Shown one piece after another: positions 36,835 through 46,559 of a stretch of DNA of 64,000 nucleotides. Source of the stretch: an uncultured Desulfuromonadaceae bacterium (GTDB lineage: Bacteria; SDB-A); NCBI GenBank assembly GCA_964397545.1, contig CAYNIW010000010.1, forward strand, positions 4,687 through 68,686, given 5' to 3'. The notes beneath the pieces were generated by a model that was not told where the DNA came from, made no database searches, and saw only the letters and a list, made by a program, of their open reading frames with translations. Position numbers and translations under genes: made by a program. Position 1 is the first letter of the stretch, and each line of letters opens with the position of its first letter.

Positions 36835-38799
36835 TCAATTATCAAACAAGAGTATTTTCTCAGTCAAGGGTTTCATCCCGCTAAAAGAGACCGATACAAA
36901 ATAGATTCCGCTCGAAAATCTATCCGTCCTTAGTCTTTCGCTGTGCTGACCCGAAGAAAAAGATTTTTTTTCCTTTTCCAGAACTTTTCTGCCCGCGGCG
37001 TCAAATAAGGTAAATCCGACTTCTTCCGGAAACAAGAGTTGAAAATCGATTTGAATCACGCCGGGGAGACAGGACACAAAAAAAATCTTCGGGGGTTCAG
37101 GATCTTTGAGTTCTTCTGTTCCCGTCCCTTCGATGATTTCGATATCTTCTGTGAACGGCATGCTGTCAGAGTATGAGTAGGCCGTGAAAAAATACCACAT
37201 CCTGAGAAGGTATGAACCGGCACTAAGTCCGGAGGTGTTGAAAAGGCAAAGCTCGCCGTTGACAACCGGATTAGACGCGAACGGAGATACTTCAAAAAAC
37301 TCAAAAGTGTCTGACAGAGGTGCGTATTCGATGCGGTAACCCGCAAAATTGAATGGAGAAAGCGGTGCTCTGACGCAGTAAGCACTGCCGGGTATAGTAA
37401 CAGTATCGTTTGAACAGCACGGGTCCGGAGGATAAAATCCGGCGATCAATACCGCCCCGGAATCTTCCGCAAAAGGAGCAGTTGAATGGACCGTGTTGTA
37501 ACTTACGGCTAACGACCTGTCCTCGGCTATCACCCTGCCGTAAAAGAAATTGGCATTATAAAAAAGGGTTAAGGATTTTCCTTCGAGAAGCGCGTCGGTG
37601 TAGAAACTTGAAAGAGCGCAGATGAGAAAAGAAGAATCCGCGTTTCCTATATGACCCCCGGAACCGTCGCAGATTACGTTGCTCAAAAAGGCGATTGAGC
37701 TGTCTCCTAAGAGAAATTCGCCGAAAATCGAGTTTTTGAGCGTCACGTCGTGCCTCCCCCAGAAATAGAAATTCCAGGACTCAACACTCGTGTTGACAAG
37801 CCTGTAATACCTTCCCGGGAAAGGTGCCGTGAAATCTGCATAATGGGTGTTGTCAACAAAACCGGAAAATGTATCGCTCACCTGTCCTATGAAAAGGGAG
37901 CCTGCCGCCCTGAGATCGACGTCGTAAACAGTAACGTTCGTGCTGTCACATGCCATTGTCGCTAAAAACAGCGCAAATACACTGTCTATCTCCACGGAAT
38001 AATTTATCCCTGAACAGGAAGTATCCGGATACCTGAAATGCTCTATGAACATCGAAGGGGAATGAGGTCCCCTTACGGTTCCAAATGAATTTTTCGGAAA
38101 TCCGAGCCATACGAGGACAGAATCGGAATTTTTTATCCTGAGTTCAGCGGAATCCTCAGTGAACAGTACGAATTCGCCGGCTTTGTCAGAATCCATTATT
38201 TCGATCGAAGATTTGCCGGTCAATGCGAAAGTGATGAATGATTTGTCCATGCGCACAGAGTCGAAAACGGCGGATGAACTGTCAAAAAGGGAAAATCCAA
38301 AAGGTCTTGAATTGGACCTAAGGGTTGAATGTTCTGCCTCAAAAGATGAATTCCCGTATGAATTTACTGAATACTGATACACGTATGATTCGTCGAGAAA
38401 AAAAACGGCATTATCGAGCTTCATCATACCTTCGTCATATAGTGCTATGTCTCCTCTCATTCTGAGCGAACACGAATTGACAGCAAGCAGACCGTTTTGA
38501 AAAATTATTATGTCCTCGTTTATTGAAGTGTCACTCGTTATTACAAGAGTGTCATTGAGATAATAGGTTTCGGGAGCTTTTAAAGAAAACGTTTCTTCAC
38601 TCAATGCGATCTGATCGAAAGTTGATGCATTAAATCCGCTGGGTATCTGTGGTATGCCTATGGATGCCTCGCCGGTATTTATTCCGGCTTTCAGAAATCT
38701 GCATCTGTTCAAAGCCTCTGAAAACAAGTCATGCAGAAAAAATTCGCCCTTGTATCCGGCAGAAAGCAATAGAAATAAAATAATGAATTGCATTTTCAT
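36835..38799 (-). CDS. Large secreted protein with a T9SS C-terminal sorting domain
   Basis: It has the signal peptide MKMQFIILFLLLSAGYKG, a beta-rich body, and a C-terminal roughly 80-aa CTD-like segment (FTLFDAAGRKV...GIYFVSVSF...KILLFDN). Confidence 0.55.
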   Translation of the reverse strand: MKMQFIILFLLLSAGYKGEFFLHDLFSEALNRCRFLKAGINTGEASIGIPQIPSGFNASTFDQIALSEETFSLKAPETYYLNDTLVITSDTSINEDIIIFQNGLLAVNSCSLRMRGDIALYDEGMMKLDNAVFFLDESYVYQYSVNSYGNSSFEAEHSTLRSNSRPFGFSLFDSSSAVFDSVRMDKSFITFALTGKSSIEIMDSDKAGEFVLFTEDSAELRIKNSDSVLVWLGFPKNSFGTVRGPHSPSMFIEHFRYPDTSCSGINYSVEIDSVFALFLATMACDSTNVTVYDVDLRAAGSLFIGQVSDTFSGFVDNTHYADFTAPFPGRYYRLVNTSVESWNFYFWGRHDVTLKNSIFGEFLLGDSSIAFLSNVICDGSGGHIGNADSSFLICALSSFYTDALLEGKSLTLFYNANFFYGRVIAEDRSLAVSYNTVHSTAPFAEDSGAVLIAGFYPPDPCCSNDTVTIPGSAYCVRAPLSPFNFAGYRIEYAPLSDTFEFFEVSPFASNPVVNGELCLFNTSGLSAGSYLLRMWYFFTAYSYSDSMPFTEDIEIIEGTGTEELKDPEPPKIFFVSCLPGVIQIDFQLLFPEEVGFTLFDAAGRKVLEKEKKSFSSGQHSERLRTDRFSSGIYFVSVSFSGMKPLTEKILLFDN

Positions 38800-38804
38800 C
38801 TCCT

Positions 38805-39821
38805 TTATTTCAAGAGTTCATAAAGATAATGATTGTCGAATGACATTGAGTTCACCAAAGGTATTTCGGTCATTTCGGCGCATTCCTCGAGGTGAACAGG
38901 AGAACCGGAAACCACTCCCGAAATTAAATTCGGTTTTAGGCCGTATTCTTTTGTCAAAATTTCAACTCCTCCATGGACTCCCAAGGGATCAAGAGCGCAA
39001 TAAATAAGTCTGTGTATCCTTTCCCTGACGGTTTCATTGCGCAAGAGAATAGAGGTCTCTCTCTGCAATATGCCGTCTGCCGTCTCGACCACCCAGTAAT
39101 TCTCCCTATTGTTGGCGTATTTCAAATCGAAGGAGTTGAAAATTTTCAAAAGCTCTTCTTCGCCGAGCAGATAGGTGGAAGGGTAACCGAGAAAACTGAA
39201 ATCCGCAAATCTCCTGGCTCCGGAATCGTTCATAAGAAGAATATCTTTGAGCCCCGCGGTTCCGGTTATCTTTGAAGCTCTGACGCTTTTTCCGGATTTT
39301 GAAAGAGCCGTGCAGCACGCCGCCGCCGCAGTAGTTTTTCCCGAGTTCATCGAAGATCCGCATACAAGTATCATTTTAGCTCTCGGGTATTTTTTGACGC
39401 TGGATCTGGGGTTTATCAGAGAGAAATCAGCTGTATTTAATGTCTTTCCTGAATTGTCAGAGATATATCCCAGACATTTCACTTCCGTGGGAAAAATCAC
39501 TTTGGAACTCTTTTTTCTCGCGACACCAATAATTCCTGATCTCGACATAACATGCGCCTTTTCAGGCATCGTTAGAGGGACAATCCCTTCGTAGTAATCA
39601 GCCGCGTATCTGTTACCGAAAACACAGACTATCTCCATCCCTTCTCTGAGTCTGTGTATCCTTCCGGATTTGTTTTCTATCTGAGTGTGCTGGCCGATTT
39701 TATCCACAATGCAGTAAACAAGATCTCCTGAGGACGGTTTTTTCAAAGTCCGTGAAACAGATTTGATCATGTTTTTACTCACCGTGTAAGCGGCGCTGGG
39801 TATTAAAATGTTTTTTTCCAT
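38805..39821 (-). CDS. P-loop NTPase-like protein, possibly DUF1611 family
   Basis: It has the Walker A-like motif VCGSSMNSGKTT in the C-terminal half. The roughly 340-aa two-domain layout resembles DUF1611. No firm assignment is possible. Confidence 0.35.
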   Translation of the reverse strand: MEKNILIPSAAYTVSKNMIKSVSRTLKKPSSGDLVYCIVDKIGQHTQIENKSGRIHRLREGMEIVCVFGNRYAADYYEGIVPLTMPEKAHVMSRSGIIGVARKKSSKVIFPTEVKCLGYISDNSGKTLNTADFSLINPRSSVKKYPRAKMILVCGSSMNSGKTTAAAACCTALSKSGKSVRASKITGTAGLKDILLMNDSGARRFADFSFLGYPSTYLLGEEELLKIFNSFDLKYANNRENYWVVETADGILQRETSILLRNETVRERIHRLIYCALDPLGVHGGVEILTKEYGLKPNLISGVVSGSPVHLEECAEMTEIPLVNSMSFDNHYLYELLK

Positions 39822-39852
39822 TCTGAATTTCGTTTTTATGCGGATTTATTTT

Positions 39853-40944
39853 TTACTGTTTTCGGCTCTCCGTTTTGAAAACCTCTATGCTGTTTAATTT
39901 TGATTTCATAATCGCCTTTCTCAGAAATGAAGTAAACATAAAAGGAGATTTAGCTATTTTTCCCGCGATATTCAGTGAAATCTCTCTTGAATTTTTTATG
40001 TATCTTTCTGAAAAACCGTATATTCCGTTATCTAAACTCTTGGCGAGATTCAGAGCGCTCCAGAACGCGTAACTTAAGCCTTCAGCTGAACTAGGACTTA
40101 TCAACCCTCCGGCTTCGCCTACAAGAGCGGTTCTGCCTCTTGCAAAAGCGAGTTCGGAAATACTCATAGGTCTTTCAAGGTAGCATCCCCGAGCCAAGAA
40201 GCGGTCATTGAATCTGAATCCGTGTTTTCGGAGTTTTTCTTTCAATGATCTTAAAATAAAAAAAACATCTGAATAATTTTTCAGTGCAGAACCGAGAATA
40301 AGATAGCCGTTTTTCGGTATCGTCCATGAATAAAAATCCGTTGTTTGGCTGTCAAAAACCGAAGAAAAATATGGCGTCGTCTCGCCCGTCTCGTGCCATT
40401 CCTGAACTGACAGGTATCTTCTCAGCGATTTAAACGGAAAAGTTCTTCTCCTGACGGCTGAATTCGCGCCGTCTGCTCCGACTACGGCTTTTACTCTGAT
40501 TTTCTTTATTTTTCCGCCTTTTCTGTATGACACATCGCAGTGTTCACCGCTGTCTGTATGAAAAAGATAGAAAGAATTAGGCTCATACTGTATTCTTCCT
40601 ATTGCCAAAGAGAGAAGCCATGCGTCGAATTTCTGCCTGTCAATATTGATGTAATGCCTTTGGTAATGCCGCTCCAGTCCGGTTCCCAGATCAATCGCCT
40701 TTACCGAGAAAAGCTGGGGTTCGGCGAGTATTTTTGACGGAAGCCCCAAGCTGAATTTTGCGAGCATTTTTTGAGCGTCGGGAGCGAGAAGTCCGCCGCA
40801 GTTTTTTCCCTGAGGAAACGCTTCCGATGCCGTAGAACTGAGGTCTTTCTTGTCAAGAACCACGACATTGAATTTTTCACAAATCAGCCTCGCCAGCGTG
40901 GAACCCGCCGGACCAGCTCCGATCACCGCGACGTCAAAATCCAT
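39853..40944 (-). CDS. FAD-dependent oxidoreductase, geranylgeranyl reductase family
   Basis: It has the N-terminal dinucleotide-binding motif DVAVIGAGPAGS and a second motif VVGADGANSAVRR. Confidence 0.65.
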   Translation of the reverse strand: MDFDVAVIGAGPAGSTLARLICEKFNVVVLDKKDLSSTASEAFPQGKNCGGLLAPDAQKMLAKFSLGLPSKILAEPQLFSVKAIDLGTGLERHYQRHYINIDRQKFDAWLLSLAIGRIQYEPNSFYLFHTDSGEHCDVSYRKGGKIKKIRVKAVVGADGANSAVRRRTFPFKSLRRYLSVQEWHETGETTPYFSSVFDSQTTDFYSWTIPKNGYLILGSALKNYSDVFFILRSLKEKLRKHGFRFNDRFLARGCYLERPMSISELAFARGRTALVGEAGGLISPSSAEGLSYAFWSALNLAKSLDNGIYGFSERYIKNSREISLNIAGKIAKSPFMFTSFLRKAIMKSKLNSIEVFKTESRKQ

Positions 40945-41441
40945 TAACTCTTCGACATCATCATTTCATAGTCTTCGACCAGCGCCTGAAGGTCCTCTTC
41001 ATGTTCGACTTCATCCTGCAGAATCTGCAAAACGAGATTGTATGTCACGGGATCTTTGTCTTTCGTCAGGTCAAGTATATCGGAGTAAGTGTCTATGGCG
41101 CATCTTTCTCCTTTGACATTCTGATCGAGAACAGTTCTCACGTATGGGTCTTCCGGAGCGTCGTATCCGCAGTTTGTATGCTTATACCAGTCTTCAGGAT
41201 TGAGAACAGGAGTTCCTCCGAGCTGGACTATCCTCAGAGACAGCATGTCCGCGTGTCTCAGTTCGTCAGCCGCATGCTGAACCAGTTCGGCAATGACAGC
41301 TTCTTTCATAGGTCCTTTGACCACTTTTGAACCGATCCAATACTGGTAATAAGCCAGCCATTCATCTGAAAATGCCTTGTTGAGAATTTTCAACAGTTGA
41401 TCTACGTTGATCTTCAGTATCTGGATTCCTCTCTCGCCCAT
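40944..41441 (-). CDS. Dps/ferritin-like protein
   Basis: It has the ferritin-like four-helix pattern with HAADELRHADMLSLRIVQLGGTP and a C-terminal EVEHEED metal ligand region. Confidence 0.55.
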   Translation of the reverse strand: MGERGIQILKINVDQLLKILNKAFSDEWLAYYQYWIGSKVVKGPMKEAVIAELVQHAADELRHADMLSLRIVQLGGTPVLNPEDWYKHTNCGYDAPEDPYVRTVLDQNVKGERCAIDTYSDILDLTKDKDPVTYNLVLQILQDEVEHEEDLQALVEDYEMMMSKS

Positions 41442-41453
41442 TTTTCCTCCTTT

Positions 41454-42128
41454 TCAGTTATTTTTATTCCTGAGCTCCTGCATTATCTCTTTAAGCAAAG
41501 AGTTGCTTTCCTCGTTTAAGAGCAGTGATCTTTCAGCTATCTCAAGCGATCTCTTGGTGGACTTTTCCGCAAATTCCATGTAAGACTTGTTTTTTTTCTG
41601 CATTATAGCAATTACTGCTATTACTATCATCAGAATCCCCAAAACCACAGCTACAGGAAATAATGAGTTTATTAGCGACATAATATTTATCAAGGGTTTT
41701 AACTGTGTCTCGTAGGGGTCGTAATCAAGATCAAGGTTTCTGTATAAAACCCATTTTTCAGTTGCTTCGTTAAAATAAAGATAATTCCCTCTTTGCCATA
41801 TTGAATAACTGTAATAATATTTATCGTAGAAATCATCATTGACTCCGATAAGTTCCGTCTCGATACAGCCTATCCTGTATCCGCCATTTTGATAGGCTTC
41901 ATCGTCTATAACTACATTTAAGACTTTTAGGGTTCCTTCAAAAGGGAAAAGCTCTGTTTTGAAATCGTAAGTCAAATCCGACACAGGTCTTAAATAAACA
42001 GTTGTTCCGTCATTTCTTAGATTCTCTTCCCAAGCGGACAAAAGATTTTTCTGTTCATGAGTCAGGGCAGTAATATTCAAACACAGAAAAATGCCTGACA
42101 GTATTAATAGCGTTTTAGGTGAATTCAT
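41454..42128 (-). CDS. Secreted, C-terminally membrane-anchored protein of unknown function
   Basis: It has a signal peptide, a Tyr/Asp-rich ectodomain, one C-terminal TM helix and a coiled-coil tail. Confidence 0.4.
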   Translation of the reverse strand: MNSPKTLLILSGIFLCLNITALTHEQKNLLSAWEENLRNDGTTVYLRPVSDLTYDFKTELFPFEGTLKVLNVVIDDEAYQNGGYRIGCIETELIGVNDDFYDKYYYSYSIWQRGNYLYFNEATEKWVLYRNLDLDYDPYETQLKPLINIMSLINSLFPVAVVLGILMIVIAVIAIMQKKNKSYMEFAEKSTKRSLEIAERSLLLNEESNSLLKEIMQELRNKNN

Positions 42129-42130
42129 CT

Positions 42131-42667
42131 TTATCCTTTCAAAAGATGTTCAAAGAGTATTTTCACTCCAATCAGGATTAAAATCAAACCCCCTGTCAAC
42201 TCCGCTTTTTTGCCTGCGAACTTTCCGAATTTTTTACCTATGTAAAACCCGCAATAAGACATAGCGAATGTTATTGCGCCAATTACTGCAACGACCTTAA
42301 AAACATCCAATATAAAATATGAAAACGTCAATCCCACTGCAAAAGCGTCTATGCTCGTAGCTATCGCGAGTAAAAGTATGTAACCTTTCTTTGTTTCTCT
42401 TTCTTTTTCTTTTCCGAAAGATTCCCAAATCATTTTCACTCCGACAGCGGTTAATATAAAAAAAGCGGCCCAGTGGTCAATACCCGAAATCATTGATAGA
42501 AGATATTTTCCTATCTGCCAGCCGGCAAGAGGCATAACAGCCTGAAACAAGCCGAAATAGAAACCGAGCTTAAGAGGCAGGTGCTTTCCTTTGTATTTCC
42601 CGGATAAACCCATTCCCACCGATACGGCAAAAGCGTCGGAAGCCAAAGCCAGTGAAAGCGCTGTCAA
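42131..42667 (-). CDS. mntP: Manganese efflux pump MntP (DUF204)
   Basis: The DUF204 half-repeat N-terminus is LALASDAFAVSVG, and the second repeat is IATSIDAFAVG. The start is probably TTG. Confidence 0.8.
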   Translation of the reverse strand: MTALSLALASDAFAVSVGMGLSGKYKGKHLPLKLGFYFGLFQAVMPLAGWQIGKYLLSMISGIDHWAAFFILTAVGVKMIWESFGKEKERETKKGYILLLAIATSIDAFAVGLTFSYFILDVFKVVAVIGAITFAMSYCGFYIGKKFGKFAGKKAELTGGLILILIGVKILFEHLLKG

Positions 42668-42793
42668 AGTTAAATAATTCAGATTTATTCCTTTTAGGGG
42701 TTATTATACCTGCGTAAATCATACAGGGCAAAGACCGAATGGCAGATCACATGCTGTTTACCCTTGACAAATAATTTAATTTATGAAAATATT

Positions 42794-42808
42794 ACCTATA
42801 CCATAGGT
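42794..42808 (+). promoter_or_regulatory. Candidate CsoR operator (inverted repeat ACCTAT-acc-ATAGGT) between the promoter and the csoR RBS
   Basis: It is a perfect 6-3-6 palindrome immediately upstream of GGTGGAGG and ATG 42819. A TTGACA -35-like hexamer sits at 42764. Confidence 0.4.
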
Positions 42809-42818
42809 GGAGGTTTAT

Positions 42819-43091
42819 ATGAGAGAAGAAAAACAAAAAATAATTCTGAATCTGAAAAAAGCGCGAACTCACATTGAAAAAATTATCCAAATGGTCGAAG
42901 ACGGCGAGGAATGTATTTTTCTCATGCAGCAAAACCTCGCTGTCATAGGACTTTTAAGATCCTCGCACGAAATGATGCTCAGGCGGCACTTGAACAGGTG
43001 TTTCAGCAGGGCTTTCAGTTCAGGAAGTGAAAAGACAAAAAAAGAGATGATAGAAGACGTCATAACCGTTTCAAAGCTCTTCAAAAGGTAA
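42819..43091 (+). CDS. csoR: CsoR/RcnR family metal-sensing transcriptional repressor
   Basis: It has the DUF156 pattern KKARTHIEKIIQMVEDGEECIFLMQQ...LRRHL with the Cys and His ligands present. It lies immediately upstream of copA. Confidence 0.7.
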   Translation: MREEKQKIILNLKKARTHIEKIIQMVEDGEECIFLMQQNLAVIGLLRSSHEMMLRRHLNRCFSRAFSSGSEKTKKEMIEDVITVSKLFKR

Positions 43092-43094
43092 CTT

Positions 43095-45320
43095 ATGAAT
43101 AGCGCACTCACTCTCAATATTGGCGGGATGACCTGCGCTTCCTGCGCTTCGGGGATAGAAAAATTTCTCTCTTCAAAAAAAGGTATAAAGACCGCATCCG
43201 TCAACATTGCCACAGGGACAGGTTTTTTCGAATATGATTCTGATGCCCTTTCCGAAAAAGATATCATCTCATGGATAAACCTTCTCGGTTATAAAGCTGA
43301 AAAAGCTGGAAGAAAGTCTTTATCGGTTTCCGGAAACGAAAAAAACAAAGCCGAAGTCAAAAGACTTTTCAACGGGTTTCTACTTTCGTTTTTACTCGGG
43401 CTTCCTCTTCTTTATTTTTCCATGGGACCCATGTTAGGCATGCCCGTTTTCAATATGGGAAGTCTCCAAAATTCCATGATACAATTTGTTTTGACTACCG
43501 CCATAATGGCGGTCAACTGGAACATTTACGCGTCCGGACTTAAAAAACTTATATTGAGAAATCCGAATATGGATTCGCTCGTGGAAATTGGAACACTCGC
43601 GGCTTATTTTTACTCCTTGGCTCTGACCCTCCAGTCTCTTTTAGATAAAAATCCTCACACAGAGCATCTTTACTACGAAAGCGCCGGGTTTATTCTTGTA
43701 TTTATATCTCTCGGAAAATTTCTCGAAAGCCTGGCGAAAAAGAAAACTCACGACTCGGTTCGAAAACTCCTCGACCTTCAGCCGAAAAAAGCTGTCGTCG
43801 AAATAGACGGCAAGGAAAAAGAAATCCAAACTCATTTAGTTAAACCGGGGGATATAGTAGTCGTCCGTCCGGGGACGACTATTCCCACAGACGGAATTAT
43901 ACTCAGCGGGAGTTCTTTCATTGACGAGAAGGCGATAACCGGAGAGAGTCTGCCAATCGAAAAAAATGAAGGAGATCAGGTAATAGGCGGAACAGTGAAT
44001 TTGAACGGTTATGTGAAATTTACCGCTTCAAAAGACAGCGAAGACACTGTTCTTTCTCAGATAATAAAAACCGTTTATAACGCGCTGAACACAAAAGCTC
44101 CGATACAGCTCTTCGCCGACAGAATTTCATTTTATTTCGTTCCCGCGGTTCTCATGATCGCCATAATATCATTCGCGGCTTGGACTTTGGCGGGAAAGCC
44201 TTTTGTCTTCGCCTTGACTTCATTCGTGTCAGTTCTCATAATCGCCTGTCCCTGTTCTTTGGGTCTGGCGACTCCGACGGCGGTAATGATGGGAATGGGC
44301 ATTGCCGCCAGAAAGAACATCCTCGTGAAAAAAAGCGAAGCTCTCGAACAGGCATGTAAAATAGACGTTATTGTGTTCGATAAGACAGGAACTCTCACGC
44401 AGGGTAAAATTTCCGTCAGCAGAACCCAATATCTCAACGGATATTCTGAAACTGAAATTCTTCCCCTCGCCTACTCCCTCGAATCCAAATCCGAACATCC
44501 CATAGCAAAATCCCTGGCGGATTTTGCGTCGGCGAAAAAAGCCCAACTCAAAGAAGTTCTCGATATTTCTGTTACTCCCGGCAAGGGCATCAAAGGTATG
44601 ATAGACGGCATTGAAGTGGCAATCGGGACTCTCAAATACCACGGCGAATCCTTGAAAGATTTCAGCACTATCGAAAAACTCCTGGAAGTGGCAGGCAAAA
44701 ACGGGGAGACTTCTGTTTTAATGACGGTTTCCGGGAAACCTGCCGCGATATTCTCTTTTTGGGACCCCATCAGAAAAGAAGCTCCTGAAGTCGCCGGAAA
44801 ATTAACAAAGATGGGTCTGAAAGTTGTAATGATAACCGGAGACAGCGCTCTTGTCGCGTCTTCGATAGCCGGAAAAACCGGCATCAAGAATTATATAGCC
44901 GAAGTTCTTCCCAACGAAAAAGCAGTCAAAATCGAAGAGATTAAAAGATCAGGACAAAAAGTCGCTATGGTCGGAGACGGAATAAACGACGCGCCGGCGC
45001 TTGCATCCGCCGACGTGGGAATAGCTCTCGGCGGCGGGACCGACATAGCGATAGAAACCGGCGACATAGTCCTCGTCAAAGACGACCTCAATGACGTTCT
45101 GGGAGTCCTTGAACTCTCAAGGTTCACTATGAAAAAAATCAAGCAGAATCTGTTCTGGGCTTTTTTCTACAACACTCTCGGCATACCGGTAGCCGCCGGA
45201 GCTTTTTACTGGCTTACCGGCTGGCTGTTGAACCCAATATTCGCGGCCGCGGCTATGTCACTTTCATCAGTGAGTGTCGTATTAAATTCTCTGTCTATGA
45301 AATTTTACGGAGGGCGCTGA
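43095..45320 (+). CDS. copA: Copper-translocating P1B-type ATPase
   Basis: It has the N-terminal HMA GMTCASCASGIEKF, TM CPC (IIACPCSLGLATP), the phosphorylation site DKTGTLT, and the hinge GDGINDAPAL. Confidence 0.9.
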   Translation: MNSALTLNIGGMTCASCASGIEKFLSSKKGIKTASVNIATGTGFFEYDSDALSEKDIISWINLLGYKAEKAGRKSLSVSGNEKNKAEVKRLFNGFLLSFLLGLPLLYFSMGPMLGMPVFNMGSLQNSMIQFVLTTAIMAVNWNIYASGLKKLILRNPNMDSLVEIGTLAAYFYSLALTLQSLLDKNPHTEHLYYESAGFILVFISLGKFLESLAKKKTHDSVRKLLDLQPKKAVVEIDGKEKEIQTHLVKPGDIVVVRPGTTIPTDGIILSGSSFIDEKAITGESLPIEKNEGDQVIGGTVNLNGYVKFTASKDSEDTVLSQIIKTVYNALNTKAPIQLFADRISFYFVPAVLMIAIISFAAWTLAGKPFVFALTSFVSVLIIACPCSLGLATPTAVMMGMGIAARKNILVKKSEALEQACKIDVIVFDKTGTLTQGKISVSRTQYLNGYSETEILPLAYSLESKSEHPIAKSLADFASAKKAQLKEVLDISVTPGKGIKGMIDGIEVAIGTLKYHGESLKDFSTIEKLLEVAGKNGETSVLMTVSGKPAAIFSFWDPIRKEAPEVAGKLTKMGLKVVMITGDSALVASSIAGKTGIKNYIAEVLPNEKAVKIEEIKRSGQKVAMVGDGINDAPALASADVGIALGGGTDIAIETGDIVLVKDDLNDVLGVLELSRFTMKKIKQNLFWAFFYNTLGIPVAAGAFYWLTGWLLNPIFAAAAMSLSSVSVVLNSLSMKFYGGR

Positions 45321-45336
45321 GACGCCCTCCTTTTTT

Positions 45337-46539
45337 TCAATAAATGACTCTGAGTTTCAGCGGCAAAACAAGGTCATCGTCGCTGAGCATCAAGATATAC
45401 TCGCCCTGAGCGACAGAGGTTCCGCTGTCATCGGTCAGATCCCAGAAAAATGATCTTACATCTTCTGTTCTGCCTGAAAACACTTCTCTGACAAGCCTTC
45501 CGTCCAGCGCGTAGATGCCAAAGGTAAAACTCCCGGGTGCCATATATGATATCTCAATCCCCCCTCTGCCCGAAAGAGAAGGGCAATAAAGAAGGTATCC
45601 TTCAGGTAAAGCGGGTGATTGAATTTCCTCGACCACGTGAACCGTTCCGTTTGTCTGTCCCCATGTCTGTGTTTTATCGAAAAGAGACACCCCTCCACCC
45701 GAACTTACCCAATTATATCCGTCGTGAGGTCCGCTGCCGTCGGGAACGCGCTGATACGTGGAATCGTTATAGTCGTTATACCAGCCAAGTTGATCGACTC
45801 TCTGTGTGTCAGGCATGAAAAAGTAGCAGTTATCTACATTTGAAAAATTTATGCCGCCGAAGTCGGCTGAATCCAGGACAAGATAGCCGTATGCCGGAAC
45901 TATTTTTGACCCTGTAATGGGTTGGAAATCGTCGCCATCGCAGAGGAACCATCCGCTGACGTCAACTGGCGAGGAAGTCGAGTTGTAGAGTTCAACTGAA
46001 TCGTATGCGGGTTTCTCCCCGTAAGGATCAATTTCATTCACGCACACAAGAGCGTTGAGAGGAGCCGGGGCAGCGTCGTTGGCGGCATTGGGCGTTGGAG
46101 TCCCGTCGATGTTGAAATCCATTCCGTTGTTGCGAGAAGTAAAATAACCGTCGGTAATTCTCGCCGTGCTCCACGCCGGATTATTACTGTTGTAAATTCC
46201 AATAGGAGCAGGACCGGAATAACCGTAACCTACAAGATCTACAGTGTCGCCGGATGTGTTGACGAGAAGTATGACGTCGCCGTCATTGGAGAGGTTGTTT
46301 GTCGAGAAAGTAAAAAGGAAATAACCGTTCCCCGGTATCGACCCTGAGAGGATGTTCGTGTCGCCTGGCATGTCTATCAGTGCCCATCCTGTAAGATTTA
46401 TCGAACCAGACGTCGTATTGTATAGCTCTATCCATTCCGGATTAGCTTTAGCCGCGAATTCGTTGATTACTACGTCAGGTGACTGCGCAGTTATAGCAAC
46501 GGCGAAAAGAGACACTAAAACCAATGACACAATTTTCAT
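45337..46539 (-). CDS. Secreted protein with two lamin-tail domains (LTD) and a T9SS C-terminal domain
   Basis: It has a signal peptide. The two LTDs are VVINEFAAKANPEWIELYN...LTGWAL and VCVNEIDPYG...SVELYN...VSGWFL. The C-terminal CTD is GIYALDGRLVREV...LKLRVIY. Confidence 0.6.
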   Translation of the reverse strand: MKIVSLVLVSLFAVAITAQSPDVVINEFAAKANPEWIELYNTTSGSINLTGWALIDMPGDTNILSGSIPGNGYFLFTFSTNNLSNDGDVILLVNTSGDTVDLVGYGYSGPAPIGIYNSNNPAWSTARITDGYFTSRNNGMDFNIDGTPTPNAANDAAPAPLNALVCVNEIDPYGEKPAYDSVELYNSTSSPVDVSGWFLCDGDDFQPITGSKIVPAYGYLVLDSADFGGINFSNVDNCYFFMPDTQRVDQLGWYNDYNDSTYQRVPDGSGPHDGYNWVSSGGGVSLFDKTQTWGQTNGTVHVVEEIQSPALPEGYLLYCPSLSGRGGIEISYMAPGSFTFGIYALDGRLVREVFSGRTEDVRSFFWDLTDDSGTSVAQGEYILMLSDDDLVLPLKLRVIY

Positions 46540-46559
46540 TTTTTCCTCCGTTTATGATT

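Noticed and set aside
42668-42790. Possible yybP-ykoY Mn riboswitch upstream of mntP
   Set aside because: I searched the minus-strand 5' region for the conserved GGGGAGUA and GACA-type elements and found none. Only a TATAAT-like -10 is present, so a simple promoter is more likely.
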